Assembly (NCBI GenBank): GCA_965222615.1
Contig: CBDCUI010000009.1
Location: forward strand, 896,001 to 960,000
Origin: Gammaproteobacteria bacterium
GTDB taxonomy: Bacteria > Pseudomonadota > Gammaproteobacteria > UBA4575
Reading direction: 5' to 3'
Length of the DNA stretch: 64,000 nt
The stretch's first letter is position 1. Every line of letters begins with the position of its first letter. Under the pieces are notes generated by a model that made no database searches, had not been told where the DNA came from, and saw only the letters and a list, made by a program, of their open reading frames with translations. Shown piece by piece: positions 54,251-63,966 of this stretch. A program made the translations under genes and the position numbers.

Positions 54251-55114
54251 TTAACTGCTTGCATGTTGTCGTTCAAATTGTACAGGTGTTAAGTAATTCA
54301 AGTAACTGTGTCTACGCTGTCGATTGTAAAAAATCTCTATATATTCAAAGATACTGCGTTTAGCTTGTTCGCGTGTTTTATACTGACAATGATGAGTCAG
54401 CTCTGTCTTTAGTGTATGAAAGAAACTCTCCATCGCTGCATTATCTAAACAATTGCCTTTACGGCTCATACTACAAGTCATGCGATGGTCTTTCAGTAGT
54501 TGATGATATTCAGAGGTGCGATATTCCATGCCTTGATCCGAGTGAATCAGTAAGTCTCGTTTGCGTGAGCGTTGACTTAAAGCCATCCTAAGCGCATCCA
54601 ACGTTAAGTGTTTATTACGTTTGTCTGACATCGACCAACCAATGATTTTTCTAGAAAATAAATCCATAATCACTGCGACATATAACCAACCGGCCCGAGT
54701 GGGCACATAGGTGTAATCGGATACCCAGCGTTGATTCGTGTGTTGCGCAGAGAAGTCACGTTGCAATTGATTGGTTTCTATATGTTCAAACGTCTTACCT
54801 CGCTTGCTTCGCTCCCATAAACATTTCATGCGCGTCTTTAACCCGGCTTGCTTCATCAAGCGTGCCACACGATGTTTGCCACATGGAACACCTGAGGCGT
54901 TCAGCTCAGCATGAATTCTAGGATAACCGTATGTCTGTCTTGAAGATTGATGAATATCGATAATCAGCTTCAGCAATTGTCGATTGGCTTTAGTACGCGC
55001 ACTCATCGGCCGATCTCGCCATGCATAGTAACCACTCTCAGAGACTTGCAGTGCACGACATATCCAAGCAATTGGATAATCATGGCGATGCTGATGAACC
55101 CACTCAAACTTCAT
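54251..55114 (-). CDS. IS3 transposase OrfB (DDE integrase core)
   Basis: YGYPRI, WVSDYT, HSDQG, DNAAMESFF. Confidence 0.95.
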   Translation of the reverse strand: MKFEWVHQHRHDYPIAWICRALQVSESGYYAWRDRPMSARTKANRQLLKLIIDIHQSSRQTYGYPRIHAELNASGVPCGKHRVARLMKQAGLKTRMKCLWERSKRGKTFEHIETNQLQRDFSAQHTNQRWVSDYTYVPTRAGWLYVAVIMDLFSRKIIGWSMSDKRNKHLTLDALRMALSQRSRKRDLLIHSDQGMEYRTSEYHQLLKDHRMTCSMSRKGNCLDNAAMESFFHTLKTELTHHCQYKTREQAKRSIFEYIEIFYNRQRRHSYLNYLTPVQFERQHASS

Positions 55115-55407
55115 TCCGATAGCTTGGTGAAGTGGTGGGTCGCTTTTTTTAAAATCTCATTCTCTGCACGCAAACGTTCGTTCTCTTTACGCAGTTTCGT
55201 TAATTGCGCAGCTTCACCACTTTGTTGACCTTTACCAGGAAAGGAATCTTCGCCTTTAATGGCCAATTGCTCTTTCCATTTGTATATTTGATTGACGCGA
55301 ATACCAAGTTCACGCGCCACTTGAGTGACTGATTGGTCACTTTCTTCCGCTAATCGAATCGCTTCTAACTTAAATTCTTTTGTGTATTGACGATATTGTC
55401 GTGGCAT
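55111..55407 (-). CDS. IS3 transposase OrfA (HTH)
   Basis: YTKEFKLEAI, VARELGI, ENEILKKA; A7G slippery site at about 55143-55150; ATGA overlap with orfB. Confidence 0.93.
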   Translation of the reverse strand: MPRQYRQYTKEFKLEAIRLAEESDQSVTQVARELGIRVNQIYKWKEQLAIKGEDSFPGKGQQSGEAAQLTKLRKENERLRAENEILKKATHHFTKLSE

Positions 55408-55482
55408 TGAGTTCTCCTTATCAGGGTAGTTTAACCCCTTTCAAGAACTCCATTAAACCGGGGGAAGATCAAACACTTGCTC

Positions 55483-55890
55483 TCATATAAATAAACTCAA
55501 ATATTCACTCTTCTCTCCATAAACGACTTTTATCAATTTCAAGCTAATATCACTCACACCTTTAATATAAGGTCTTTTTACCATGCTCTCAATTTCGTGT
55601 CTGCTTACAAACGGCCGCAATAAAAGTAATCCAATTAAAGTGCCAAAAATCATCCCAATAATGAATATAAAAAGAACGATGGGAAGTAGAACAAATAACT
55701 CAAAAAAACTTGGTTGATGTGGTTCTTCAATGGGTATTCCAATTATTGGCTCTATGACAAAAAAGATAAAAAGAAGCATTAATAATGTTCCAAATAATAT
55801 TGCACAAGAAAGTAATATCCATTTTGCTAGGCTTTCTTTTTTTTCATAACTCATTCTTGTGAAACTAACTGTCGTCTTTGCATCATCCAT
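55483..55890 (-). CDS. Hypothetical membrane protein
   Basis: 135-aa ORF with two long hydrophobic segments. Confidence 0.55.
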   Translation of the reverse strand: MDDAKTTVSFTRMSYEKKESLAKWILLSCAILFGTLLMLLFIFFVIEPIIGIPIEEPHQPSFFELFVLLPIVLFIFIIGMIFGTLIGLLLLRPFVSRHEIESMVKRPYIKGVSDISLKLIKVVYGEKSEYLSLFI

Positions 55891-55918
55891 GATGTTGTTT
55901 TAAGGGTATCTATTATGT

Positions 55919-56050
55919 GTAGCTGCGCTACCATTAATTTGCGGGTAATAGCCACCCGCATTGTATAGCTTACGCTATTCTTAATTTGCGTAAGAATATA
56001 TACACGGAATTGCTATGCAATACTCAATCTGCGTGTAGTACCTACACGCA
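55919..56050. repeat. Three tandem double-hairpin units (family C), ~45-bp period
   Basis: Units start at 55919, 55965 and 56009: 5-bp mini-hairpin + 2 nt + TTAATTTGCG...CGCA. Confidence 0.55.
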
Positions 56051-56069
56051 AAGGTCCCACACGCAAGGG

Positions 56070-56162
56070 TGGTAGGCGCGATCGGTGAGAACCGTGAGGC
56101 TGCAGGCTAATAAAAAATATTATATCACTCAGGCCTCGCACACTTTACCTCTACCATGTCAA
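56070..56162 (-). repeat. Duplicated tRNA-Val 3' half (att-like), interrupted in the T arm
   Basis: 56070-56085 = 58396-58411 and 56147-56162 = 58425-58440 (16/16 each); 61 nt replace 13 nt between them. Confidence 0.8.
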
Positions 56163-56220
56163 AATTGCGCTTGGAATCGCGCATGAATTTGAATTCTATC
56201 AACTTTCATCTAAAACACTA

Positions 56221-56260
56221 TGTGTGATTTTGAGTGATTATGAGTGATTTTGGATGACTT
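56221..56260. repeat. Four imperfect 10-bp tandem repeats
   Basis: tgtgtgattt tgagtgatta tgagtgattt tggatgactt. Confidence 0.55.
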
Positions 56261-56323
56261 TGATATAAATTAACTTAAACAATTTTAAGATTGTTTCGGG
56301 CCACATTAATAGCCATTAATAAT

Positions 56324-58105
56324 TTATTTTTGACTAAATTGCGTAGTTAGATAACCACCTAGTTTTTTTACAAAATCCCAGACATCATTTTGCTGCACAT
56401 TATTCTCACGGATATATCGAGCAGCTTCATTTGCCCATGCCCATTTATTCTTTTTCTTTGATGCACTAATACCACATCCTACCAACCATTCTTCAAGTTC
56501 CCCAAATGGGACCATAAATATTCCATGATTTTGAAGTTCCACAAGTAACTTCTCTAACGGATCTTTGATATGTTTAGGTAGAGATAATATTCCACCATCT
56601 TTTAAAGCTCTCATTCCATTTAATGAATTACTTAAGCTGTTAAGCTCTGGTCTGAGTGTTTTATCATTACCTTCACTCCAGTCGTAATTCTGATCAGCTA
56701 ACTCTTTTAGTTTTGCAACTGTTTCTTGTTCACTGATCGTTGGCGGTAGTAACCTTATTTGCTCGCTAATTTCATTTATTCTTTTAATGTAGCCATCCAC
56801 AACTTGTGTATCATCACAGAGACTTTTAAGAATCCGTTTTATTTTCTCTTTATCAACAAGAACATCTAAGTCAGCAATGATTGCAACTGGAATACCAAGA
56901 ACTCGATAAAGTTGGCATGTATCAGCTATCCCTCCCGTTCCACCAACTGTGGCAAAATGTATATCAAAATTATTTTCCGCTCCAACCTTATCCCAAGTGG
57001 CTTGATATACAATTCGATCTCCATCTCCTTCCACGATAGTAACTGCTTGAGAGAAAATACCATCGAGAACTGTTTCTGCTCTAACTGTTGGCTTCTTCAT
57101 AGCATCCATAAGCACATCAGAATCTACGAGTTTTGCATCAAATACATTTGTAACTTTAGAAAGTCTTACTATCTTTAATTTATCAGCAGTTTGGATGACA
57201 CCGCGGAGCACATGACTACTATGTGTCGCAACAAAAGTGGCAGTATCTAAAGATGTTGCATGTTCACCAATAAATTGGCCAAGACTGTAGGCCTGAGGTG
57301 GATGAAGACACATTTCAGGTTCGTCAATTACACATACAGGTCGACGGCCAAGTAAAATTGAAATGCATGTAGCAACATACGATTTCATTCCATCACCTTC
57401 ATCTTCTATTGTCCTAAATTTAGACATCTTTTTTACAGAGTGGCGATCTTCTGCGCTAGGTAATTCATTTTCTTGACCTATGCGCAAACATAAAATACTT
57501 CCTCTAGAAATATCAGACCAAATTGCTTTAGAGAAAGCGCGTTTAATTTCTTTAGTTAAAGATTCGCGAGCCAAGTCATTTAGATGCAATGCATGAAGAT
57601 CTTGTTGTGGTGGTTGTTGCTGATAATCAATATTGTTTACTGATTTAAGAGCTGTTAATCGATTTTCTAGAAATAGAGCAGAAACAAGAAATGGTGAATA
57701 CCAGTTAAGCAACTCATTCCTTCGCTTTCCTCGTGATGGTTGCCTAAAAGTAGTATTCCATTGCTCTGCTTGATTAGACTGGATATTTTGTCCTGGTTGC
57801 CCCATACCTAATAAAGGCGTCTGTGGAATATACTGCTCTTGATCATTATCGTCGAAGAAACTGGATATATGGCCTTCCGCTTTGAGACAACTAATAAATG
57901 GTTGAAGCTCTGGTGCCTCTATTTCTATATCTGTTGCTACAACTAAATCCCTTATTTCACCAGCAACTCGAGCTTTGATATCACGGAGAAGCTGAGTCTT
58001 TCCAGATGAGTTAGAACCAACAATTACTGTCAAACCAGAACAGTCTAATTCTCCCAAGCCAGGTATCACTACTCGTTTAAGTGGTTTGAAATCGTTTAAT
58101 TTCAT
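56324..58105 (-). CDS. OLD-family ATP-dependent nuclease (ABC/AAA ATPase + TOPRIM)
   Basis: Walker A GSNSSGKT, signature-like EGDGM, Walker B VIDEPE..LHP, ATHS, TOPRIM IVEGDGD and ADLD. Confidence 0.82.
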   Translation of the reverse strand: MKLNDFKPLKRVVIPGLGELDCSGLTVIVGSNSSGKTQLLRDIKARVAGEIRDLVVATDIEIEAPELQPFISCLKAEGHISSFFDDNDQEQYIPQTPLLGMGQPGQNIQSNQAEQWNTTFRQPSRGKRRNELLNWYSPFLVSALFLENRLTALKSVNNIDYQQQPPQQDLHALHLNDLARESLTKEIKRAFSKAIWSDISRGSILCLRIGQENELPSAEDRHSVKKMSKFRTIEDEGDGMKSYVATCISILLGRRPVCVIDEPEMCLHPPQAYSLGQFIGEHATSLDTATFVATHSSHVLRGVIQTADKLKIVRLSKVTNVFDAKLVDSDVLMDAMKKPTVRAETVLDGIFSQAVTIVEGDGDRIVYQATWDKVGAENNFDIHFATVGGTGGIADTCQLYRVLGIPVAIIADLDVLVDKEKIKRILKSLCDDTQVVDGYIKRINEISEQIRLLPPTISEQETVAKLKELADQNYDWSEGNDKTLRPELNSLSNSLNGMRALKDGGILSLPKHIKDPLEKLLVELQNHGIFMVPFGELEEWLVGCGISASKKKNKWAWANEAARYIRENNVQQNDVWDFVKKLGGYLTTQFSQK

Positions 58106-58395
58106 TTATCAGCTTTGGTGTGGATGGAACATATAAATTCAGACTTTATTAGCTAAACATTATCTTCATAAATCTTACATTATCGAACAGTAGGTTAGGG
58201 GATTTCTGGCATGAATAGTTTTCAAGGTGGCGCTCTTCTTAGTTTCTCATTTAATTTGCATTAGCGTAAATGTAAGACATTGAAAATTAAGAGGGCTAAA
58301 GTCTGAAGGCTTACAGACTTTTTTATGTAGACACAAATGTTGTGTCCACTCGTTTTATGTAAGGTTTTTTAATCTATTGAATAAATTGAAGTTAC

Positions 58396-58472
<77 letters not shown>

Positions 58473-58534
58473 ACTAAAGTACAACAAATTATCATAGTTC
58501 CGATTAACGTGGTACCACGAAGCTTCTCTTGAAA

Positions 58535-58732
58535 CCCCATCCAACTTGGTGAGTAACATCGAAAGCAACGGCAGGTAAAACAACCAGGGATGGTTGTTTT
58601 AGACATGTTGCGCCTGGATGGCGTCATCATGCCGACCAACGTTGTTCGCTGTTGCGAACGTATCTGCAGGACAAGTTGGTAGGGTGTCTTTTCTTTTGGT
58701 TCGTTTTCTTTGGACAAGCAAAGAAAATGAAC
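58535..58732. repeat. Multi-hairpin REP-like intergenic element
   Basis: aaaacaacca-ggga-tggttgtttt, cgcc-tggat-ggcg, gttcgttttctttg-gacaag-caaagaaaatgaac; outer ccaactt/aagttgg pair. Confidence 0.6.
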
Positions 58733-58770
58733 AACTTAACCTGATGAATTCTAATCAATGAACTGAACGT

Positions 58771-59007
58771 TCATTTCTTGCGGGAATCAATTTTATGACT
58801 TTTCATTAATTCAAAAATTCCATATGCAATTATTAGTATCCCAATTAATATTGATATTAGATGAAAAGATCCAAATGCACCTTCCGAAGAAAATTTATCT
58901 CCCCATAGATAGTTCGATTCTCGCCAATTTTCAACTGTAAAATAAATCAAAATAAAACCTATGAAAATAATCACCCAAGGCTTAATCATTACAAAAACTT
59001 CTTTCAC
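58771..59007 (-). CDS. Small hypothetical membrane protein
   Basis: 78-aa ORF with two TM segments directly after uvrB. Confidence 0.5.
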   Translation of the reverse strand: MKEVFVMIKPWVIIFIGFILIYFTVENWRESNYLWGDKFSSEGAFGSFHLISILIGILIIAYGIFELMKSHKIDSRKK

Positions 59008-59019
59008 TTTTACTGCGGA

Positions 59020-61050
59020 TTAACTAACTTTCGTCTCCGGCTTACCTAATATTATGTCTTTCAAACGAATAATCTCATCACGAATCTTAGCCGCTTCTTC
59101 AAACTCTAAATTCTTGGCATGTTCATACATTTTTTGTTCTAACTGTTTTACTTTTTTCATGCCATGTTCTGGACTCATTCGTGAGTATTCAATGACATCT
59201 TCTGCCACTTTGGCTCGTGATTTCCCCATGTCATATTCATAAGGTGTTCTTCTTGCACCTTCCATAATATCTGCAACTTTCTTTTTGATTCCTTTAGGTG
59301 TGATGTCGTGTTCTTTGTTGAACGTTATTTGTTTTTCACGACGACGATTGGTTTCTTCAATAGCGCGTTGCATAGAACCTGTGATTTGATCTGCATACAT
59401 GATGGCTTTGCCATTTAGATGGCGCGCGGCACGACCTACCGTTTGTATGAGCGAACGTTCTGAACGTAGAAAACCTTCTTTATCAGCATCTAAGATTGCC
59501 ACCAGTGATACTTCTGGAATATCTAAGCCCTCGCGCAATAAATTAATACCAACTAACACATCAAAATCGGCTTTGCGTAAACCTCGAATAATTTCTACAC
59601 GTTCAACTGTATCGATATCGGAATGCAAATAACGTACTCGCACATTATGGTCAGCCAAATACTCAGTAAGATCTTCTGCCATGCGTTTTGTCAGTGTCGT
59701 GACTAATACCCGTTCACCCAGTGCGACACGGTCATTAATCTCAGAAAGCAGATCATCAACTTGAGAAGTGACAGGACGTACTTCGATTTCTGGATCGACC
59801 AAACCGGTGGGGCGCACTACTTGCTCGGCAACGGCATCCGATTTTTCGGTCTCATAAGGACCCGGAGTTGCCGAGACATAAATCATCTGAGGTGCAAGTG
59901 CCTCAAATTCTTCAAACTTCAAAGGGCGATTATCTAATGCCGAAGGCAAACGAAACCCATATTCAACTAGAGTTTCCTTACGCGAGCGATCACCACGATA
60001 CATGCCACCAAATTGCGGTGCGGATACATGACTTTCATCCATCACCATAAGGGCATTGCTTGGCAAATAATCTAATAAACAAGGTGGAGGTTCGCCTGCA
60101 GCACGTCCTGATAAATAGCGCGAATAATTTTCTATACCGGCACAGTAGCCAATTTCTTGAATCATTTCTAAATCAAAACGCGTGCGTTGTTCCAGACGTT
60201 GTGCCTCGACTAAACGATTTGCGTTATTCAGTTCTTCAAGCCGTTCTTTTAACTCTTCTTTAATTTGCTCAATGGCATTTAATAGAATTTCTCTGGGAGT
60301 TACATAGTGCGTCTTTGGGTAGATCGTCAGTCGTGGAACGCGCCGAATTAGCTCACCTGTTAATGGATCAAAGTAACTTAGATTTTCAATTTCATCGTCA
60401 AACAGCTCTATACGAATACCTTCACGTTCGGATTCTGCCGGGTGCACATCGATGACTTCGCCATGCACTCGAAAGGTGCCACGCCGTAATTCAAAATCAT
60501 TGCGGCTGTATTGCAGTTCGGCCAGTCGTCTTAACAATTTTCGCTGATCTACACGGTCTCCACGATCCAAATGCATCACCATACCGAGGTAGGCTTTGGG
60601 GTCGCCCAGCCCATAAATAGCCGAAACCGTCGCCACAATGATAGTATCTGGTCGTTCAAATAATGCTTTAGTAGCGGATAGACGCATTTGCTCGATGTGA
60701 TCATTTACTGAGGCATCTTTTTCGATAAAGGTATCGCTAGAGGGTACATAGGCCTCGGGCTGGTAATAGTCGTAATACGAAACAAAATACTCCACCGCAT
60801 TACTTGGGAAAAACTCCTTCATCTCTCCATATAATTGGGCAGCTAGAGTTTTATTGGGCGCCAAAATTATGGTTGGTCGCTGCACTTGTTCAATCACGTT
60901 AGCAATTGTGAAAGTCTTGCCCGATCCTGTGACACCTAACAAGGTTTGATGGGCCAGACCATCATTGAGTCCTTCTACTAGTGTTTGAATGGCGGTGGGT
61001 TGGTCTCCTGCCGGTGCAAACTTTGTATTAATTTGAAAATTTTCCACCAT
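59020..61050 (-). CDS. uvrB: Excinuclease ABC subunit B
   Basis: [37 protein letters not shown]-terminal UVR domain; ATG at 61050 chosen. Confidence 0.98.
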   Translation of the reverse strand: MVENFQINTKFAPAGDQPTAIQTLVEGLNDGLAHQTLLGVTGSGKTFTIANVIEQVQRPTIILAPNKTLAAQLYGEMKEFFPSNAVEYFVSYYDYYQPEAYVPSSDTFIEKDASVNDHIEQMRLSATKALFERPDTIIVATVSAIYGLGDPKAYLGMVMHLDRGDRVDQRKLLRRLAELQYSRNDFELRRGTFRVHGEVIDVHPAESEREGIRIELFDDEIENLSYFDPLTGELIRRVPRLTIYPKTHYVTPREILLNAIEQIKEELKERLEELNNANRLVEAQRLEQRTRFDLEMIQEIGYCAGIENYSRYLSGRAAGEPPPCLLDYLPSNALMVMDESHVSAPQFGGMYRGDRSRKETLVEYGFRLPSALDNRPLKFEEFEALAPQMIYVSATPGPYETEKSDAVAEQVVRPTGLVDPEIEVRPVTSQVDDLLSEINDRVALGERVLVTTLTKRMAEDLTEYLADHNVRVRYLHSDIDTVERVEIIRGLRKADFDVLVGINLLREGLDIPEVSLVAILDADKEGFLRSERSLIQTVGRAARHLNGKAIMYADQITGSMQRAIEETNRRREKQITFNKEHDITPKGIKKKVADIMEGARRTPYEYDMGKSRAKVAEDVIEYSRMSPEHGMKKVKQLEQKMYEHAKNLEFEEAAKIRDEIIRLKDIILGKPETKVS

Positions 61051-61157
61051 ATCTATCTCTTTTTGGCTTATCTCTTTTAGCAAATTCCCGTATGATAGCC
61101 CGCCGCTGTAGAGTAGCCATTATCAAATCATCCAATAACTAACTAGGGAAAACTTCT

Positions 61158-62336
61158 TTGAAAAGTTCATTAGCGGATCGTGTCTCACGCATCAAGCCAT
61201 CTGTCACTTTAGCCATAACTGCTAGAGCAAATCAAATTCGCGCAGACGGCGGTGATATTTTGAATTTGGCGGCTGGCGAACCCGATTTTGACACCCCTGA
61301 ATTTATAAAAGAGGGCGCCCATGCAGCAATGCAAGCGGGTAAAACCAAATATACACCTGTACCGGGCACCGCTACATTAAAGCAAGCAGTTATTGAAAAA
61401 TTCAAGCGAGACAATCAACTCAATTATGAACCAGATGAAGTGATGGTATCCAATGGCGGTAAACAAATATTTTATAATTTATGCCAAGCACTGCTGAATC
61501 AAGGTGATGAAGTATTAATCCCTGCGCCCTATTGGGTATCTTACCCTGATATGGCACTACTAGCTGATGGCAAACCGGTGATCATCCCTAGTAAAAATGA
61601 AAATCGATGCAAAATCACGGCAGATGATTTAGAAAAGCACATTACAGATAAAAGTAAGTTATTTGTAATAAATAGCCCTTCCAATCCATCTGGAATTGCT
61701 TATAGCCATGAGGAGTTAGATCAACTTGGTTCAGTACTTGAGAAACATGATCATGTTTATGTGATAACTGACGATATTTACGAACACATCATGTTCGGTG
61801 GTCAAAAATTTGTAAATATTCTCAATACGACGCCATCATTAAAGGACCGCACTATCATTTTAAATGGTGTTTCTAAAGTCTACTCCATGACCGGATGGCG
61901 AATTGGTTATGCCGCAGGGCCGAGTGATCTTATAAAAGCCATGACCAAGATTCAGTCACAAAGTACCTCAAACCCAAGCTCAATTTCTCAAGCTGCAGCA
62001 GAAGCCGCTTTGACAGGGGACCAAGCGTGCGTAAGTACCATGTGTAAAGCTTTTGAGGAGCGCCATGAGTATATCGTTAAGGCCTTAAACGAAATCGACG
62101 GAATTCACTGCTTATCCTGTGACGGAACTTTTTATTGCTTCCCAAATATTGAAGGCTTGATCAATAGAATTGATGGCGTATCGAATGACGTTGAGTTTGC
62201 TGAATATTTGCTTAATGAAACAGGCATGGCAGTAGTACCTGGGACAGCTTTTGGTTCACCCGGGCACATGCGTATTTCATTTGCCACCAGCATGGATGTA
62301 CTCAAAGAATCAGTTAGTCGCTTTAATAAACTTTAA
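61158..62336 (+). CDS. Class I/II PLP aminotransferase (aspartate aminotransferase-like)
   Basis: GEPDFDTP, PYWVSY, NSPSNPSG, DDIYEH, SKVYSMTGWRIG. Confidence 0.93.
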   Translation: MKSSLADRVSRIKPSVTLAITARANQIRADGGDILNLAAGEPDFDTPEFIKEGAHAAMQAGKTKYTPVPGTATLKQAVIEKFKRDNQLNYEPDEVMVSNGGKQIFYNLCQALLNQGDEVLIPAPYWVSYPDMALLADGKPVIIPSKNENRCKITADDLEKHITDKSKLFVINSPSNPSGIAYSHEELDQLGSVLEKHDHVYVITDDIYEHIMFGGQKFVNILNTTPSLKDRTIILNGVSKVYSMTGWRIGYAAGPSDLIKAMTKIQSQSTSNPSSISQAAAEAALTGDQACVSTMCKAFEERHEYIVKALNEIDGIHCLSCDGTFYCFPNIEGLINRIDGVSNDVEFAEYLLNETGMAVVPGTAFGSPGHMRISFATSMDVLKESVSRFNKL

Positions 62337-62416
62337 CTATAAAAATTCAACACGCGCAAAATCGATCCCAGCACCAACTAGAATCGATTTAGTTATTTCT
62401 AAGAAGTATTGGCTAT

Positions 62417-62806
62417 CTAGCCTTGGCTCGCACGCATGGTAGGTGAACTACCATTAGAAAGGTTTGGCAAAACTTCGCGCTGAACATGTTGTTTAAAACG
62501 TTGAATATCGATACTGTCAGAGATACGTAACATTTTATGCATGCCATCTTCCGACAAAATCATCATATCGATCCAGGGATTTTTAGGGTTTTCTGGTGTA
62601 TCGATACGGTATTTACGTTTTTGCTCATCGCTAAGCTCACGTGTTGCTACGGTAACATTGGGCTTACCTGTGCGTTTATTGATTGCTAAACCAAGACAAC
62701 GACAAATATCCGCCGCAACAAACCACGGCTCACCGGTCTCTTCCTTGACGATCCTTATCTTGTAGCCGCCATAATCAAATAGCGATATATTTCCCACTTG
62801 TGTCAC
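62417..62806 (-). CDS. Bro-N domain protein (phage antirepressor-like)
   Basis: IRIV...GEPWFVAADICRCLG...LSEDG...FKQHVQREVLP. Confidence 0.8.
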   Translation of the reverse strand: MTQVGNISLFDYGGYKIRIVKEETGEPWFVAADICRCLGLAINKRTGKPNVTVATRELSDEQKRKYRIDTPENPKNPWIDMMILSEDGMHKMLRISDSIDIQRFKQHVQREVLPNLSNGSSPTMRASQG

Positions 62807-63100
62807 TCCTTGTTTTCATACACGACACACTGCCGCGCTCGAGGAATATTTATAGTGCGATCAAAGACCTACAGACGATGCTTGCCGCTTATTGGTACTA
62901 TCAGCCAGACGATCTGGAAGCAGATATTTAATTCACCTTAAAATCTGCAACTCATGCCCCAAATCCAGATAGATTAGATTGAGCCTAGCGAAAGCCGAAA
63001 AAAATCGAATTTGGCACTAGTGGTAGAAATTACGAGCCAAGTGGCTAGATATAGATTTGGCTCTAAATTTTCTGATTTTTTGAAAAATCGGCTCTATTTA

Positions 63101-63136
63101 TTGACCGACTTTATGAGGATCGTTACCATCTCCCGC
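63101..63136 (+). promoter_or_regulatory. sigma70 promoter of tRNA-Asn
   Basis: TTGACC-17 bp-TACCAT then GC-rich CTCCCGC. Confidence 0.65.
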
Positions 63137-63146
63137 TCCCTTTAAT

Positions 63147-63222
63147 TCCCCGGTAGCTCAGTTGGTAGAGCGGGTGACTGTTAATCACTAGGTCGGCGGT
63201 TCGAGCCCGTCCCGGGGAGCCA
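63147..63222 (+). tRNA. tRNA-Asn(GTT)
   Basis: TCCCCGGTAGCTCAGTTGGTAGAGCGGGTGACTGTTAATCACTAGGTCGGCGGTTCGAGCCCGTCCCGGGGAGCCA. Confidence 0.97.
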
Positions 63223-63617
63223 TAAATTCAATCACTTATCAATTTAGCTAAAGATTGTATTTTCTGTGTAGACATTTTGTAGACACATATTTCCCACTAA
63301 AAATAATATAGATTAATTTTAAATTTGTAGACAATTTTAAGATTAAAATGACAGTCAGAGTGAATTTTTGAATAAAACGTCGATTTGCTACTATTTATAT
63401 GTCGCTATTCATTGAAAACCCCTGTAAGGTGTTTCTAGATTAGAATTTCCTATTCCGACATTCTTCCAGAGTTTCATTTCTCCGCCAGTTTTCGGCAATC
63501 AGTTCTAACTATCGATTCTGTTGATCATATGTCAATGGAGCACTAATACACGTGCAAAAAGATTGAAAACCGGGAATGCGCACAATACAGCTCAAGCATC
63601 GAGCAAGGACTTAAATT

Positions 63618-63872
63618 ATGAAACTATATGTAGGTAATTTGCCTTGGAGTGTTACTGAATCGGATCTAAAAGAACTTTTTAGTGAGGTTGGCGAAGTTGT
63701 CAGTGCCACGCTTATCACTGACCGAAATTCTGGACAATCCCGCGGGTTCGGATTTATAGAAATGGCTAAAGAGGCGGGTCAACAAGCGATTAAAAAATTC
63801 AGCGGGCATGTAATTGACAACCGTGCATTACGTGTTAACGAAGCTATAGAGAAAAAATCTCGTCGCGCCTAG
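63618..63872 (+). CDS. RRM RNA-binding protein
   Basis: RNP2 LYVGNL and RNP1 RGFGFIEM; AAGGA RBS. Confidence 0.93.
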   Translation: MKLYVGNLPWSVTESDLKELFSEVGEVVSATLITDRNSGQSRGFGFIEMAKEAGQQAIKKFSGHVIDNRALRVNEAIEKKSRRA

Positions 63873-63966
63873 AGTGGTTTATTAACTTAGGTATGGGCAA
63901 GAGACACTCGAGCGGCATATTTGTGCTGCTCGAGGTCCTTATGTTTCTTACAAAGGAGTTACTTAA

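Larger units (their letters stand above)
54204..55471 (-). mobile_element. Complete IS3-family insertion sequence (1268 bp)
   Basis: TIRs tgatcataccctggtttggtggagtc / aactccattaaaccgggggaagatca; 3-bp AAC duplication (54201-54203, 55472-55474); orfA/orfB pair. Confidence 0.93.

Noticed and set aside
61051-61157. LexA box upstream of uvrB
   Set aside because: No CTGT-N8-ACAG match found.
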